From assembly GCA_963693365.1 (NCBI GenBank), contig CAVNZM010000008.1, positions 8,622,818 to 8,686,817 on the forward strand: a stretch of DNA of 64,000 nucleotides. Reading direction: 5' to 3'. Source of the stretch: Amoebidium appalachense. Its lineage: Eukaryota > Protista > Ichthyosporea. A program made the translations under genes and the position numbers. Each line of letters opens with the position of its first letter. The first letter of the stretch is position 1. Shown piece by piece: positions 45,718 through 59,000 of the stretch. A model generated the notes under the pieces. That model was not told the origin of the DNA, did not search any database, and saw nothing but the letters and a program-made list of their open reading frames with translations.

Positions 45718-46642
45718 CTACCCAAATTTGTTGAACCTTACATTCCCAGTGACCTTCTTTGGTGGCGGGGGTGGTGGGGGAACATATGTGGTGGTTGTGG
45801 AAGGAGGGGGTGGAGGGGGGAAGTGTGGTTGTTGTCATGGGAGGAGGGGGGGAGGGGGTGCAACAGTGGTGGTGGTAGGAGGAGGGGGAAGGGGGTGTGG
45901 TGGTGGTCTTGGGAGGTGCGGTGGTGGTGGTGGTCATGGGAGGGGGGAGGAGGGGGAGGGGCAACGGTGGTGGTAACGGGAGGAGGGGGAGGGGGAGGGG
46001 GAAGGGTTGTGGTTGTGGGGGCGGGAGGTGGGGGAGGGGGAGGGGGAGCAAGAGGAGCCGCAGTTACGAAGTTGGAGAACAGAATACGATTGGGTGAGCC
46101 CGGCATCATGTTTGCAGTGATCACATCGTTGGTTGCGCTGGCGAGAATCGCAGATTGAACCTGCAAGGGGTAGAATGGGTTAAATAAAGGGCTAAAACCT
46201 CCAAGGGGTAGAATGGGTTAAATAAAGGGCTAAAACCTGCAAGGGGTAGAATGGGTTACATAAAGGGCTGAGTCAACATACGTATATCTAGCGAGTGCTT
46301 TGTATTGTTATTTATTATTAGTATCCACCTGCCTGTAAAGCGCGGTTGGCACCATATAAAGGCAAATTTGATCATTGATTCCAATTAGTGTCGCCGAGAC
46401 AACTCAAATGCAGAAGTTGCAGAGCGGGGGGCGGGGGGAGGGAGAGGGGCAGGGAAGGAAAGGGGAGGGGGTCGGGGTTGTCTATGTATCTGAGTGTGTC
46501 TGTGTGTGGAGGGGGGAAAGGGGGGGGGGAGGGGGGGAGGGGGTGGGTGGGAGGGGTACCTGGCCTGGGGTAGCAGTCGGGTTTGCTCCCATATAGAGAG
46601 CAGCAACACCAGCAACGTGGGGTCCGGCCCTGTGTGTGTGTG

Positions 46643-46728
<86 letters not shown>

Positions 46729-47333
46729 GGTGCATTTTTGAGGAGAAGGAGGGAAGGGGGGTGGTGAGTGATTAAGTGTGTGTGTGGGGGGGTGGCTGGG
46801 GGCTGGGGGAGGAGAAGGGGGTTGGCGGGCGGGGTGGTAAGAATGTTGTAGGCAGATTCACAACCAATAAGTACTGTGCACACAGAAGGTATGTAACGAC
46901 AAAAAAAAAAGTGCAAAAGTCACCCAAAGAAAACCCCAAAGAGTGGACTTGTTGTCTGCTTTATTCTTCTTTTTTTTGGAGTGTGGGTGGGTGGGTGGGT
47001 AGTTATGGTAGGGAGGGGGGGGGGGGGGGGGGGGGGGGGGGAGGCAGGTAGGGCAGGTGGGGGGGACGGGGGGGGGGGGGGGGGGGGGGGGGGGAGGGAG
47101 GGGGGAGGGGGTGGGGTGGAAGGCAGGCAGGGCAGGTGGGGTTGGGAAGGGGGGGGAGGGGGGATAGAATGTGCTACTGAATACACACTGGACTTCGACA
47201 GGAAACACAACACTTAACTTGCCCACACACCCAAGGTCTGATAAATCATAAACGGAGCCCATCCTCACACCAAGGTGATGGGGTGGATGGTTGGGTGGGT
47301 GGGTGGGTGTTGGGAGAGAGGAGGAGGGAGGCG

Positions 47334-47375
<42 letters not shown>

Positions 47376-47629
47376 AGGGGGGGGGGGGGGGCGGACGGAG
47401 CATTTACATTGAGGTTCCGGACATGGCACCGTAGCCACCCTCCTTTGTGGTGCTGACGATGTTGGTGCCCGGCGCAAAAATGTCCAAACAGCTGCAGAAA
47501 AAAATTGGTTAAACCCCTGCCGTTTTGTTACAGACCCCCTCCCCCTCCCCCCCCCCCCCCCCCCCTCCTTCACAAACCCCATCTCCCCCAAAAATAAACC
47601 GCCACCACCACCACCCCCTCCCCTCCCCT

Positions 47630-47665
<36 letters not shown>

Positions 47666-48975
47666 CCCCCCCACACACACACCTCACAAAAAAAAAAAAA
47701 AAAAGAAACTAAAAATAAAACAACGAGAAAAAAAAGTAGAAGAGAAGGGGGGATTATGGTGCACTTGAGACCAGAAAGAATATATGACTGAGAGTGTGGA
47801 ACCACACAGACCTCCCCCGTGAACGGTTCCGATCAGGTTCTAGGAATCATAAAAGAGCACGCTTCAATATAGACTCCTTACCGCTATTGGCAAATACTCC
47901 ATCACCCCCCCCCCCCCCCCCCTCACCTTCCACAATTCTCCCCCTTTAACAACCCCCCCCCCCCCCCCCCCCGGCGAAAAAAAAGAAAAGAGGAGAAAGT
48001 GGAAATCGCATACTCGGGCCATCGCCGTTGTTAGCATATACCCCTTCCCCCCTGCTCCCTCAGCCCCAACTCACCTTCCATAATTGGAAAAACTAGCGAC
48101 TCCATCGGTGCTCGTGATTGCTCCGACGGTAATAGCAGCGGGCGCGGAAGCCGGGGAAATTCCGCAGGCGTCAACGTTGTTATTTCCGGCTGCCACCACG
48201 GCCACGATCCCAACGTCGATCAGTGATTGGACGGCGGAGTTAATGGTGTCGGAATACCCCCCACCCAGTGAGAGGTTGACGATATTGGGGCGGGAGGTGT
48301 TGCGTGCAGTGTAGATGAAATCCAACCCACTTAGGATGCCGCTGAACGTGCCTGAGCCGTATGTGTCGAGGATTTTCACGGCTTTGATGTTTGCCTGTGT
48401 GAATATAAGGTCACCTCTTCATTCCGATTTTAGTTCTCTAAAACACCTGGAGTGTCCGAAAATAAAGAGCGCATGCAACATAGTGCCTATGGATTATCGG
48501 AGGAATACTACACAAGATTATGTCATGAGATCCGACTGAGTTTCAGTATTGGTGGAAACATGCCCGGGCTCTGGCCAGTCTCCCCCCCCCCCCCCCATTC
48601 CCCCCCCCCCCCCCCAAACACATTGCAATTGTAAAAACAAAGAAAAACGAAAAGAAAAGAAAAGAAAAGAAAAAAAATTAACACACATTTATAAAACCAA
48701 GTTGTCCTACGTGCATACCTTCTTAGCAATACCCCAGGTCTTGGAGGCAATAGTACCGGCACAGTGAGTCCCGTGACCATTTCCATCAGCGTAGTCCCCG
48801 GGAAACACGGTGTAGACCTGAGACACTCTTCCCTCAAAGTCTGTGTGCATGTTCACCCCCGAGTCTGCAACGTACACGTCCACCCCCTCGCCGGTGAAAC
48901 CGTTGAACGCCGCAATACCGTCCAGGGGAAGAGTGCGCTGATCGATGCGATCCAAGCCCCAGCTCGATGCGGCTG

Positions 48976-49052
<77 letters not shown>

Positions 49053-49142
49053 GTTGTGTGTTGGGGGAGGGGGGAGAAGGGGGGGGGGGAAGGGGGGAGA
49101 AGGGGGAGGGGGGGGGGGAGGGGAAGGGGGAGGGGGTGAGGG

Positions 49143-49209
<67 letters not shown>

Positions 49210-49942
49210 CGCGCGCACATGTGGGTTGGGTGACGGCGTGTTAGTGATTCCCGTCCCTACCTCGATAAGCTAGTTATTATAGATGTTTGAAATCGCCAAT
49301 TGAGGAGTGTTTGTTTTGCTCTCACATCACCTTTTTCTCACCCCCCCCCCCCCCCCCCCCCCCCCTCACCCTCCACCGATTTTGCCCGGACTGAGGGATG
49401 TTTGCACCACCGGCAACTGCAGTGGGTCACCCGGTTAAAAATTAAAGCCCCTTATCCGGAAAAAAGTGGCCTCTAGGCCTTAAAATATTAGTGTACTCGT
49501 CGGCACCAAAAAGCTGCTTTTACTGCAATCAAACATCGAGATATTTATAGGAAGAAGCTTCGTTGTAGAAAAATTATTAAACCTTTCTACTGCTCCTTTA
49601 GTATGTCTACGCCAGGCGCCATTAATGGAACTGCGACGCTAAAAATTGAACGTTAAAGCCCTGCAAATGTTCGAAACAGTCCAAACATTCCTTAAATATT
49701 AATAAAAGCTGAGGCTCAAAATCAGCGATGGCAGAAGAAGGAGATAGTGTGGTGCATGTAGTATCAAATCAATATTATCACAAATGTATATCTTTTGAAA
49801 TTTTATCTATTAAATTACCTCGACATACTGGTCCTGTTCGACCGTTGCCACGTCCCCGTCGTTAAGAATCTTGTCCAATTGGTCAGCGGTCAGCTCCATC
49901 GTTACGCTTTGTGTCAGAGGCGCCTTGTGCTTTGCCTGTGTT

Positions 49943-49990
<48 letters not shown>

Positions 49991-50100
49991 TGACACGGGT
50001 GTGTGTGTGTGTGTGTGACACGGGTGTGTGTGTGTTTGTGTGTGTGTGTGTGATGGCATGCCTATGCGTACACACGCATATGTTGGCTTCAGGGGTGGGT

Positions 50101-50137
<37 letters not shown>

Positions 50138-50779
50138 GGGGGGGGGTATCAGAAATGTTCAAACGGTTTCAAACGGTAATACAATGCTACTGCTGGCCTA
50201 CATTTGAAGAACTATCATGATGTGCAGTCCCGTATACGTAAACCTAGTATGGTGGGGCTGTAACCAATCGTCCGAGATGAAACAGCTGACCTGCATCGAG
50301 AGACGATAGTCCCCTATTACTCGTAAATTGCAAGTAAAAGTGTTGCACTGCGGCAACTGTGCATTACACTAATGATTTTACATAGTGTTCATATCAGGAA
50401 AGGAAAGCCGACGAAAACAAAATTCGTATGCGGACATCGAGAGTCGATAGTCCCCTATTATTATCTCCGTAAATTGCAAGTAAAAGTGTTGCACTGCGGC
50501 AACTGTGCATAACACTGATGATGTTACATGTTGCTCATATCAGGAAAGGAAAGCCGACGAAAACAAGATTCGTATGCGGACGTCTCTGCATGTGTATGTA
50601 GTCTACCGACGCCGACAATGTGTATACATGTTTCACATTGCCGTGGAAGATTACCTATTTGTGGTCTCACAGAGAACAAATAGATCACGACACGCGTACG
50701 TGCACTGTGGACCAACAGCTTTTTCCCTCTCTGTAGTTTGATCGTCTCCCTTCACGTGCTCGCATTGAAGCGTGTAGTT

Positions 50780-50819
<40 letters not shown>

Positions 50820-51176
50820 TCCCCCTCACACCCACACACCCACACACACCCTTTTTTCACACCAAACCAACCTGTCATTGCTAGCGCTGACCGTGCTAAT
50901 TTGCACCTGCCTGTGCGACAAGTTATTCCCTATACTGGACATGTGCAAACCACTTGTTTACAGGACTCTCACCTTTACGTTAGAGAACCTCTTCTGCAGC
51001 GCGTCGAGTCTCTTGCCCACATTTCCGCGGTCTGGGTCAGGGTCCACCCTCACAATGTAGGAGTTGGGCACCGCCTTTTTCGGGTCCTTTGCGAGTTTCA
51101 GTGGTGACTTGCCGGGCGCACCAAGCGCAGAACTCGCAAGGGCGATACCTAACGCGAATGTGACAAAACGCGTCAT
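45718..51176 (-). CDS. Secreted subtilisin-like serine protease (S8, proteinase K subfamily) with I9 propeptide and Pro/Thr-rich C-terminal tail (multi-exon)
   Basis: Signal peptide [19 protein letters not shown] starts at 51176; I9 propeptide includes NSYIV and [11 protein letters not shown] (~49930-49819). Mature-domain exons: ~48976-48719 (WGLDRIDQR, catalytic Asp VADSG, His HGTHCAG), ~48394-48076 (NLSLGGG, AAGN, SPAS), ~47491-47408 (DIFAPG..SGTSM, catalytic Ser), ~46630-46560 (PHVAGVAAL), and 46160 onward (PNRILF then Pro/Thr repeats). The stop position is uncertain because the C-rich tail has apparent frameshifts. Confidence 0.92.
46158..46269. repeat. Three tandem copies of a 38-bp unit containing the last subtilisin splice acceptor
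   Basis: AACCTGCAAGGGGTAGAATGGGTTAAATAAAGGGCTAA x3 with minor variants. Confidence 0.9.
50294..50581. repeat. Tandem duplication of ~140 bp in a subtilisin intron
   Basis: CATCGAGAG.CGATAGTCCCCTATTA...TTCGTATGCGGA occurs twice head to tail. Confidence 0.85.
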
Positions 51177-52087
51177 TTTTTCAGAGAGAACCGGGGGGTC
51201 GGGGGGGAGCCAACAGGGAGGAAAATAGCGTTGATTTCGAGCTCTACGTTTCACACAAAGTGAACAAGTCGGAACGCTTACTAGACACCGAGCTTGGACA
51301 ATGTGTGCGTGTTCTGCTGCGCCTGCTGGACAGTTTTGGCCTCCAGGCAACCGCTACTGCAGCTGCTGCAAGACTTTAGGAATTCGTTTCCGCATACTCG
51401 AGTCTGGAGGAGGGCAAATTCGAACCCCAGCATGCAAAGTTGCTCTCGTATTCAAACGAGTTGTGGTTAGCATAGGTCGCTTTCAAACAATACACTTTGG
51501 TTGAAATATATACAAAACATTCTTTACGCTCAGGGGCAATAGGGTTTTTTTAAGAAGAAACTACCCACAAACATGCTTTGAGCGGGCTTTGGGTCTTGCA
51601 TAGTCAGATTTTGATGGATGCATTTATCATTTATTTTTACTACGCTCTTCAGGATGTTAACGACATTCCAGCTGCTATCACCGGGGAATAGCAGATTTTG
51701 CCGATTAGCTGAATTAGAGCCTGCAGACTGTATGCGCTTGCAAGTTCTAATGTTCACCTAAAATTGCAACAGAAAGTTCTGTTTTAACCGTTTCTGCGCG
51801 ACCTAGTTTTTCTGCCCTTCACATCACATGTCCTTCACAATTCAACCGTCATGCGTGTACGTGACTCCAAAAGACTTGGGACTTCTGTGTTCCTATCCAA
51901 TCATGAGAAACTAATTTTATTGCAGGTATGTACATCCGCAGCCAATTAGAACGGCATCTTGAAAGCTAAATTAGTTAGTCTTGAGATGCGTTGCTCACCA
52001 ATAAGAACGGAGGTGCTCATGCCAGTACTACGTGCACGGTACAGAGCGCGACGGCCCGGCGGTGGTGGTGGTGGCAAGTTGTTGTTG

Positions 52088-52174
<87 letters not shown>

Positions 52175-52746
52175 CGTGCACAACTTGAACAACTTCAGGC
52201 AGCGCATAGTGATCATAATCTCTGTTAGCTCTGTACAGACTGAAAGAGTTTCCTTGGTTTCGTATCATGTGTGTGTGGCGTGGCCACCGGTGAGTGTATC
52301 TGCATGTTCATGTCGGGTGCTCATCGCTGGTCAAAGTTTGTGCGCTCGTGTCCGTGTGTGGTACATGCGTGTGCAGGTACGTGTGAATTGAATACGTAAA
52401 AGTGTGTGCTGTGTGTGTCCGCGGCGGGGCGACTGGAGACGAGTGCGAGAGGGAGGCGGGGAGGGGGAAAGAGGGGAGGGGGGGGGGGGGGTACAGGGGG
52501 GACCGGGCGGGGGGGGGGGGGGGGGGGGGGGGGGGGGAGGGGGGACTCGGGGGGGGGGGGGGGGAGGGGGGACTCGGGGGGGGGGGGGGGGGGGGGGGGT
52601 AGTATGATCTTACGACATAGCCTGAGTTTCAGGTGATCAATAGTGACTTCTATTAGTTAGCCTCAATGTTATTACGGTTTTAAATGCTATTAAATGATCA
52701 GTTACCTGGTATAGCCATATCATGCAATGCAGCCTATAGGGTGGGT

Positions 52747-52777
<31 letters not shown>

Positions 52778-53239
52778 CCCTGCTAGCCGGGGTGGACCCA
52801 CCTATCCAAGTGGGTGGGTGGGTCCCCCCCCCCCCCTCCAACTTAGCTACTACCCCCTTCCCCGTTTCAAAATCAAGAATCCCCTACTACTCTTCCACCA
52901 CCCATGCAATGGCACAAGCAAACAAGGTGGTACATGGTCACCCACATAGAGCTCTGCAAACCACAAGCATAAAATATGGATCCGGTTTTTTTTTTTTTTT
53001 GGTGCTAAAAAACTGAACGTCTAAAGCTAGTCTAGCCAACACCTAACGATCACCCATGCCTTCTCTATTTGCAAGGCACATTCTCACGGTTGTCAAAACC
53101 TGCTACATCTCCCTGAGGGTTGATTCTACTTCCGAATCGTACTCTGCAAATACTTTTTTAATTTTTTGTTTTTGTTGTTGTTGTTGTACGTTGCACATGT
53201 TTCCTGCATTTTTTTGGCAGCAGCATATCCGGGCGGCGG

Positions 53240-53277
<38 letters not shown>

Positions 53278-54552
53278 AACCAGTATCTCTGCACATAGTT
53301 ATTTCCGTGCGTCTTTAACGTCAGTGTCTTGTCACAGTGTTTGGAATAGACTAGCAATACTGCCTCGGGCACAAACAAACATGCTCAGTGGCAACATTCA
53401 CTGTGTGACACTCCTCGTCCGAAAGCACCGTCACACGCACATGCACGTAACATACACGCACACGGACACGCATGTACAAAAACATTTGGCCAACACATGC
53501 ACACACACGTACATCTATACACACACGTAGAAAAGTACATGTACACCTACAAGCACACAGGCACGAACATACACACACGCACGCACGCACACACACACGC
53601 ACACACACACACACACACGCACACACGCACACGCACACACACACATGCACACGCACACACACATGCAAGAAAAGTGCTGACTTACGGCAAAAGTCCCTAC
53701 TATTCTCGCCTGACTAGCAGAGTGTACACACTACGACTAACACGTACCTGGGCACACATGCATATGAATGAGAGTATACGTGGGTGATCAGGCCACTAAA
53801 CTAACAGGCATAAACACGTGCGGAGTGGTGCTGGGCAATGCACGATGCCACAGCACTAACAGAGAGGGTAGTGTGGAGAGGTAGAAACACAGTTGCATGT
53901 TCTGTCAATCTACGTCTAATCTCACCTATTTATCTGCCGCAGGCAGATTCCATGAATACAGATCTATCCAAAGGTATTTGCGCATCTGATTGGCAAATAC
54001 AACGAATACTATAAATCTGACCAATCATATAACGACACGTACATGAACGGAAATCAAACTGCATTCCCCTCATACGGTCCAATCGCAGACAAAACACCCG
54101 ACTACACAGAAAACATGAAAAGCATGCACAACAATCGTCGGATGCGTGCTTTCCTCTCGCTATGGCCAACAGCTAAACAAACTATGAATACCACACGTGC
54201 CTAATGAATAACAGAGGGCAAACAAGAGCATGCCGGACATGCTTATGAAATAAAGGGAGATAAAGCACAAATAAACGATCGTACCTAACCATGTATGCTA
54301 TGTGCTCGTGCAACCTGTGTAAACCAAAGATGTGTAACTAATGAAGAATCGTGCTGTGCACGTGCGTGCGAAATGCATATGCCAACCCGTGCACTATTGT
54401 TGTATATTCTGGCACACCCCTTACAACATTAGGGCACGAAATACTGCAATACAAAATTTAGCGAATAAATGTGTACCAATAGAAATTAGCGAATAAATAT
54501 TAACGAAAACACAATCACTCGCACCCCTTGTTGCATAGCCACGAATATTCGC

Positions 54553-56026
54553 TCACTTCTTCTGCACCTTGCGCGATGACTTGTCGCACGTGTCCATGCC
54601 CACCATCTTCTTGCAGTTGTTGAGAGCTGCACCCCCGAGTGCTTTGGTGAGCATGTCTGCCGCCTGCTCATTGGTCGGCACGTACACAAAGCAAATGTCG
54701 CCGCGACGGACGTGGTGGCGAGTGAGGTGGTACTTGATGTCGATATGCTTCGTGCGGTTGAACAACTCGGGGTTCTTGGCTATCTTGATGCAGGCCTGGT
54801 TGTCCTCGTGAAGGATGGTGGGGCTAATAGGAGGGAAGCCGCAGGCGGTAGTCAGTTTGCGCAACCACAGGGCCTCCTTGGTAGCACGGGCTGCGCTTAC
54901 TCGGCCTCTGCGGTGCTGTCTGCCACCACGGTCTGCAGCTTGGATGCCCACAAAATGGCACCCCTAGCAGCAAGAAACACCACACCTGTCGTTGAGCTGC
55001 GGTTGTCTGGGTTTCCCGCCCAATCAGCATCCACGTAACAAACAACCTGCCCCTTGGTGTCCGCGCTGGTGGACCGGCGGTAGGTGATGCCGTGGTCAAT
55101 GGTGCCCTTGATGTAGCGCAGCACACGTTTGGCGGCGGCAAGGTGGGCCTGCCCGGGGTTGCTGAGAAATCGCGCAAGCACGCTCACAGGGGCGGCAATG
55201 TCCGGGCGGGTCCACACGGCCAGATACATCAGGCTGCCGACAATGGCCTGGTACACAGCTGCATCGGTGGCCATTCAGCTGCCACCTCCTCCCGGGTTGC
55301 TGGGTACTGGGTCTTGCTGAGCTTATCCAGTGTCATGGGTGTGTCCACAGGCTTGCAGTCAGCCATGCCGTAGCGCTCGAGCACCTGTTGTGCGTAGGGG
55401 GCTTGATGGATCTTGATGGCGCCAGTGCTCAGTTTGTTGATCTCCACCCCCACAAAACTGCTGCCACCCTTCTTGATGTGGAAGATGCCCGAGAGCTCCT
55501 GCTCCAGCAAGTTGCCATCCTCCTCGGTAGTTACCTTGCACACCATGTCGTCAATGTGCACCACCATAAGCTGCTTGTTGGTGCGGGCCGGGCTGTCTGG
55601 CCCGCGGGTGAAGAGGGAGGGGTCGGCCTCGGTGCGCACGGCAGCCAATGGTGCGCAGGTCGGCAGCAAAACTTGAAGTCTCCATCCACTCGTGTGCTGC
55701 CTGCTTGAGCCCGTAGATGGCCTTGTGCAAAATGCACACCATTCCCTCCTTGCCTGGTATGACGAAACCCTCAGGCTGGCACATGTAGATCATCTCCTCC
55801 TGCAGTGGCGCGTTGAGGAATGCGCTGCCCACATCGAAGTAGCATAGGTGGTGGCCGAGCTCAGCAGCAAGCGCGATGATGTAGCGTGTTGTGCCAGTGG
55901 CAGGGTTTGCGGTGGAGCAGAAGGTCTCGGTGTAGTCCAGACCTCGCCTCTGGGTGTATCCCTTAGCTACTAGGCGGGCCCGGAAGCGGATAACTGCGTT
56001 GTTGGCGTTGGTCTTGAAGTCATACA
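54553..56026 (-). pseudogene. Copia pol 3' part: reverse transcriptase and RNase H
   Basis: RFRARLVAKGYTQ..DYTETF, DVGSAFLNAPL, KAIYGLKQA, HIDD, IVGSLMYL..TRPDI, YVDADWAG, STAEAE, EDNQAC, RTKHIDIKYH and ADMLTKAL; frameshifts near 55680, 55275 and 54900. Confidence 0.92.
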
Positions 56027-59000
56027 ATGTAAACAGTTGGACTAGTTAGGATAAGGCAGAGTACAACTGAATCAAAATAAAGACAGAGAACGGGTAGAAA
56101 GGCACACGCGGCCAGGTTGCTTTTACTATGGGCCGACTCAGTCTGTCTCAGACTTCACTGATGTGATCCCCGTACTGGGACGGCTTTCTTATATAGCCCC
56201 CAGGTTTCGGATCAAGGCCCAGGATTGGTTCATCCGCGGCCAGCGCGGGTGGCAACATGCCATTCGTGATTCTGGTGCGGTCCGAGCCAGTCAGACCTTT
56301 GTCCTATTTATGCAAACCTCTTATTGGTTCACTTCGTTTATGTGGTATGCAGCTGAAGAACCATATATGGTTCAATTCTTAGGTCAGAGTGAGTCCTATT
56401 GGTGCGGACATAATATTTATGTGATATTCATGACAAAGCACGAATCGTGTGCTAGTAGATCACATTCTTTAGTAAACATGTACAGTTCATGTGTACAGTT
56501 CAAGTTGTTTACACTCCCCCCCTTGTCGGGAGCCTGGTGGTGTCGTTAGACAAGCAAACCACCAGGCTGAGAGGCGATAAACAACCTTCAGCGAGAATTC
56601 TTGTGTGTGCCGAGCTGCTGGACAGAACAGAGCAAGGACGGTGGAATAGAGTTGTGCACGTCTATGAGCACTTCTTCATTTGCCAAAACGTAAATTCATG
56701 CAGCATTCTTCTGTGATTTCATTTTCGTGGCGAAGATTGTTGCAGAGTGTGCGTGCGAATAATTCGCTAAGCCTTCGTCTCTGTGCTTGGCTTTTCTGTA
56801 GAAGTAGTATTTTCCTTTTTGGGAATTTTTCCTTTTTAGGATACTCCCGCAGATTCGTTTTCAATTGCGAGTAATTTGGTTGTGTGGATGAATGATCATA
56901 CCAAACATTCGATAATGAATATAACTCGAGCCTTAGGTCACTTCGTAGCTCAGGTAGTGGTGGATAGCTTCAAGCCTTAGGCTTAGCCACTGCTCCTTAT
57001 CCCGGTTCTACCATAAGACTGTAAGGCGAGTCACCATGGCCGGAAAAGCCGCTTCTTTCATGAACAAATAGCACTTCTTTCCTTTCAGCTTTAACTCTGC
57101 ATCATCGGAGCTGGGAAAAACATGAATAAAAATGCCCAAGTGTTCTTCGTTGGGCGACATAAAGAAATATATCACCCGTCAGAACCAGTAAAAGCCCGGT
57201 TCATAATTCATAAGAAGAGGGTAGGCAAAGCAAGCCTCCTTCAGAAAACACATGCTTCCATTCGTGAGCAGTTTTCGTATCCCATTTGCCAGCCTGAGCC
57301 ATTTTCGTTGAGCAGGGGGATTCCAGGCATAATACATTCTTCTGGAGGCTTGGCCTAAAAAGAAAAGTCGTCGGAGTCGCCCTTTCTTTTGTAAGCAACT
57401 TCGTGAGCGCGCTTCGTGTTTTCATATCCTCCAGTGCAGGTCTGGATGGTGCCCCATCCTCTGCTTCATTTGTAGGTGGCCCTACTGTAGGTTCTGTTCG
57501 TTGTGTGGAATACCAAAACCATTCGTATTCGTGGAACTGCTTTGTTCTGTGCTTTCTTTCGTGTTGGTGTTCATGAAGTTACCCCGTTCACACACCCTAC
57601 TTCTTACATACATTAGATGTAAGTAGCTGCCTGGTGAGTGTGTGGTTCGTGTTCGTGGCATTCTTCTGTTCCTTCGTGAGAAGAATATTCGTTTTAGCAG
57701 AGGTGCCCAATAAGGCAGCTTGTGGGGTTGTCTCCCGCATGTGCCCATTGGTGGGGTATGCACGTGCTAAATTGTTACAGTGTCATCATATTGCAAGGGA
57801 ATAACATGGTCACCTCCGTACCAGGGCCTAGTAGGTACACATGATGGTCCGATGTGTTAGTCAACAACACCGTGACCTTGCATTCGTATTCGTATTTGTC
57901 TTCCACGTCACTTTCTTCAGTAGTGAAGGAGGGTATTCGTAATTCGAAACTGAAAGGCTTCCAGCCAAAATACTGACACTGTATGATGGGGTTGTGAGGG
58001 AGCGGTGCCCATACCACATTCTTTTGTTCTGGTGGGGGTGTGCCGGCAGCTAGTGCAAGGCTTGACAGTGTAATTGGTATGTTACACCGTATTGCCACAG
58101 ACGGGCATTCACCTTAAAATTCGTACCCAACACCTTCTTTGTTTTTCACATGCATGAACAAAAGTTCTGCATCGACTTTATTACATGCCTTTTGTGCACC
58201 AAGAGTGCAAATTCGTTAGGGCGTGGCACCAGGAAGGGCCGCCATACATGAGTCAGGCATATGTTCGTAATGTGTTTAGGCATGCCAGCATACATTCATG
58301 CGCATGTTGTGCATCCTGGGCGCTAAACTATGGGGCATGCTGTATTCGAGAACAGCAAGGGATTTGAAGCATGCATGCAACACTACTTTCATAAGATCTT
58401 AGGTCCTACATGCTATAGCAACAGCGACTATCTTCTTCGTTAAGTGCATTTGTGCTGAAAGTGGCCGTGCATCTGGCTTGCGAGTGTGGACGTGCATGCG
58501 GTGGCATGGACACGATGGCAGTGTGCAATAGGGCAATGCACGCAAGGGCAACGGTTTTATTTTCTTCCTAACATAGAGGGGGCTGTGTGCATTGCAACCC
58601 AAGCAGTGTTGTGCATTCGTCCTTTCATTTTCGTATTTCCAGTTCATTTTGCTTTCGTTTTTCGTTTTTTGTCGTTTGATAACTTCGTTACTTCGTTTTG
58701 TTTTCGTGTTGCATTCATTTCGTATTTCCTCTATGCAATCGTTTGTCGTTAATTCTTTATTTCATTGCGTATTCGTGATGGTTCGTTTTTCGTTGGTTCA
58801 TTGCTTCGTTAGCAATTCTTTATTCGTTTGTTCGTGTATTCGTTGTTTCGTTGTGTATTCGTTTTTCTTCACATTTTTGATGTGTCGTAGCAAAAGAAGT
58901 TTTACATGCTTTCAATTCTTTCCGTGTAGGTGGGCTGGCCACTTCAAACTTGTAGGTGTATATATTCTAAGCCGGACAAGGAAAGATGTGCCTATCATCG

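Noticed and set aside
52091-52172. Exact length of very long poly-G tracts as a biological signal
   Set aside because: Homopolymer lengths are unreliable in assemblies; only their presence and strand were used.
56163-56549. Duplicated 128/131-aa ORF (also 59261-59656)
   Set aside because: It lies within the two LTRs, antisense to the element, and has no recognisable domain.
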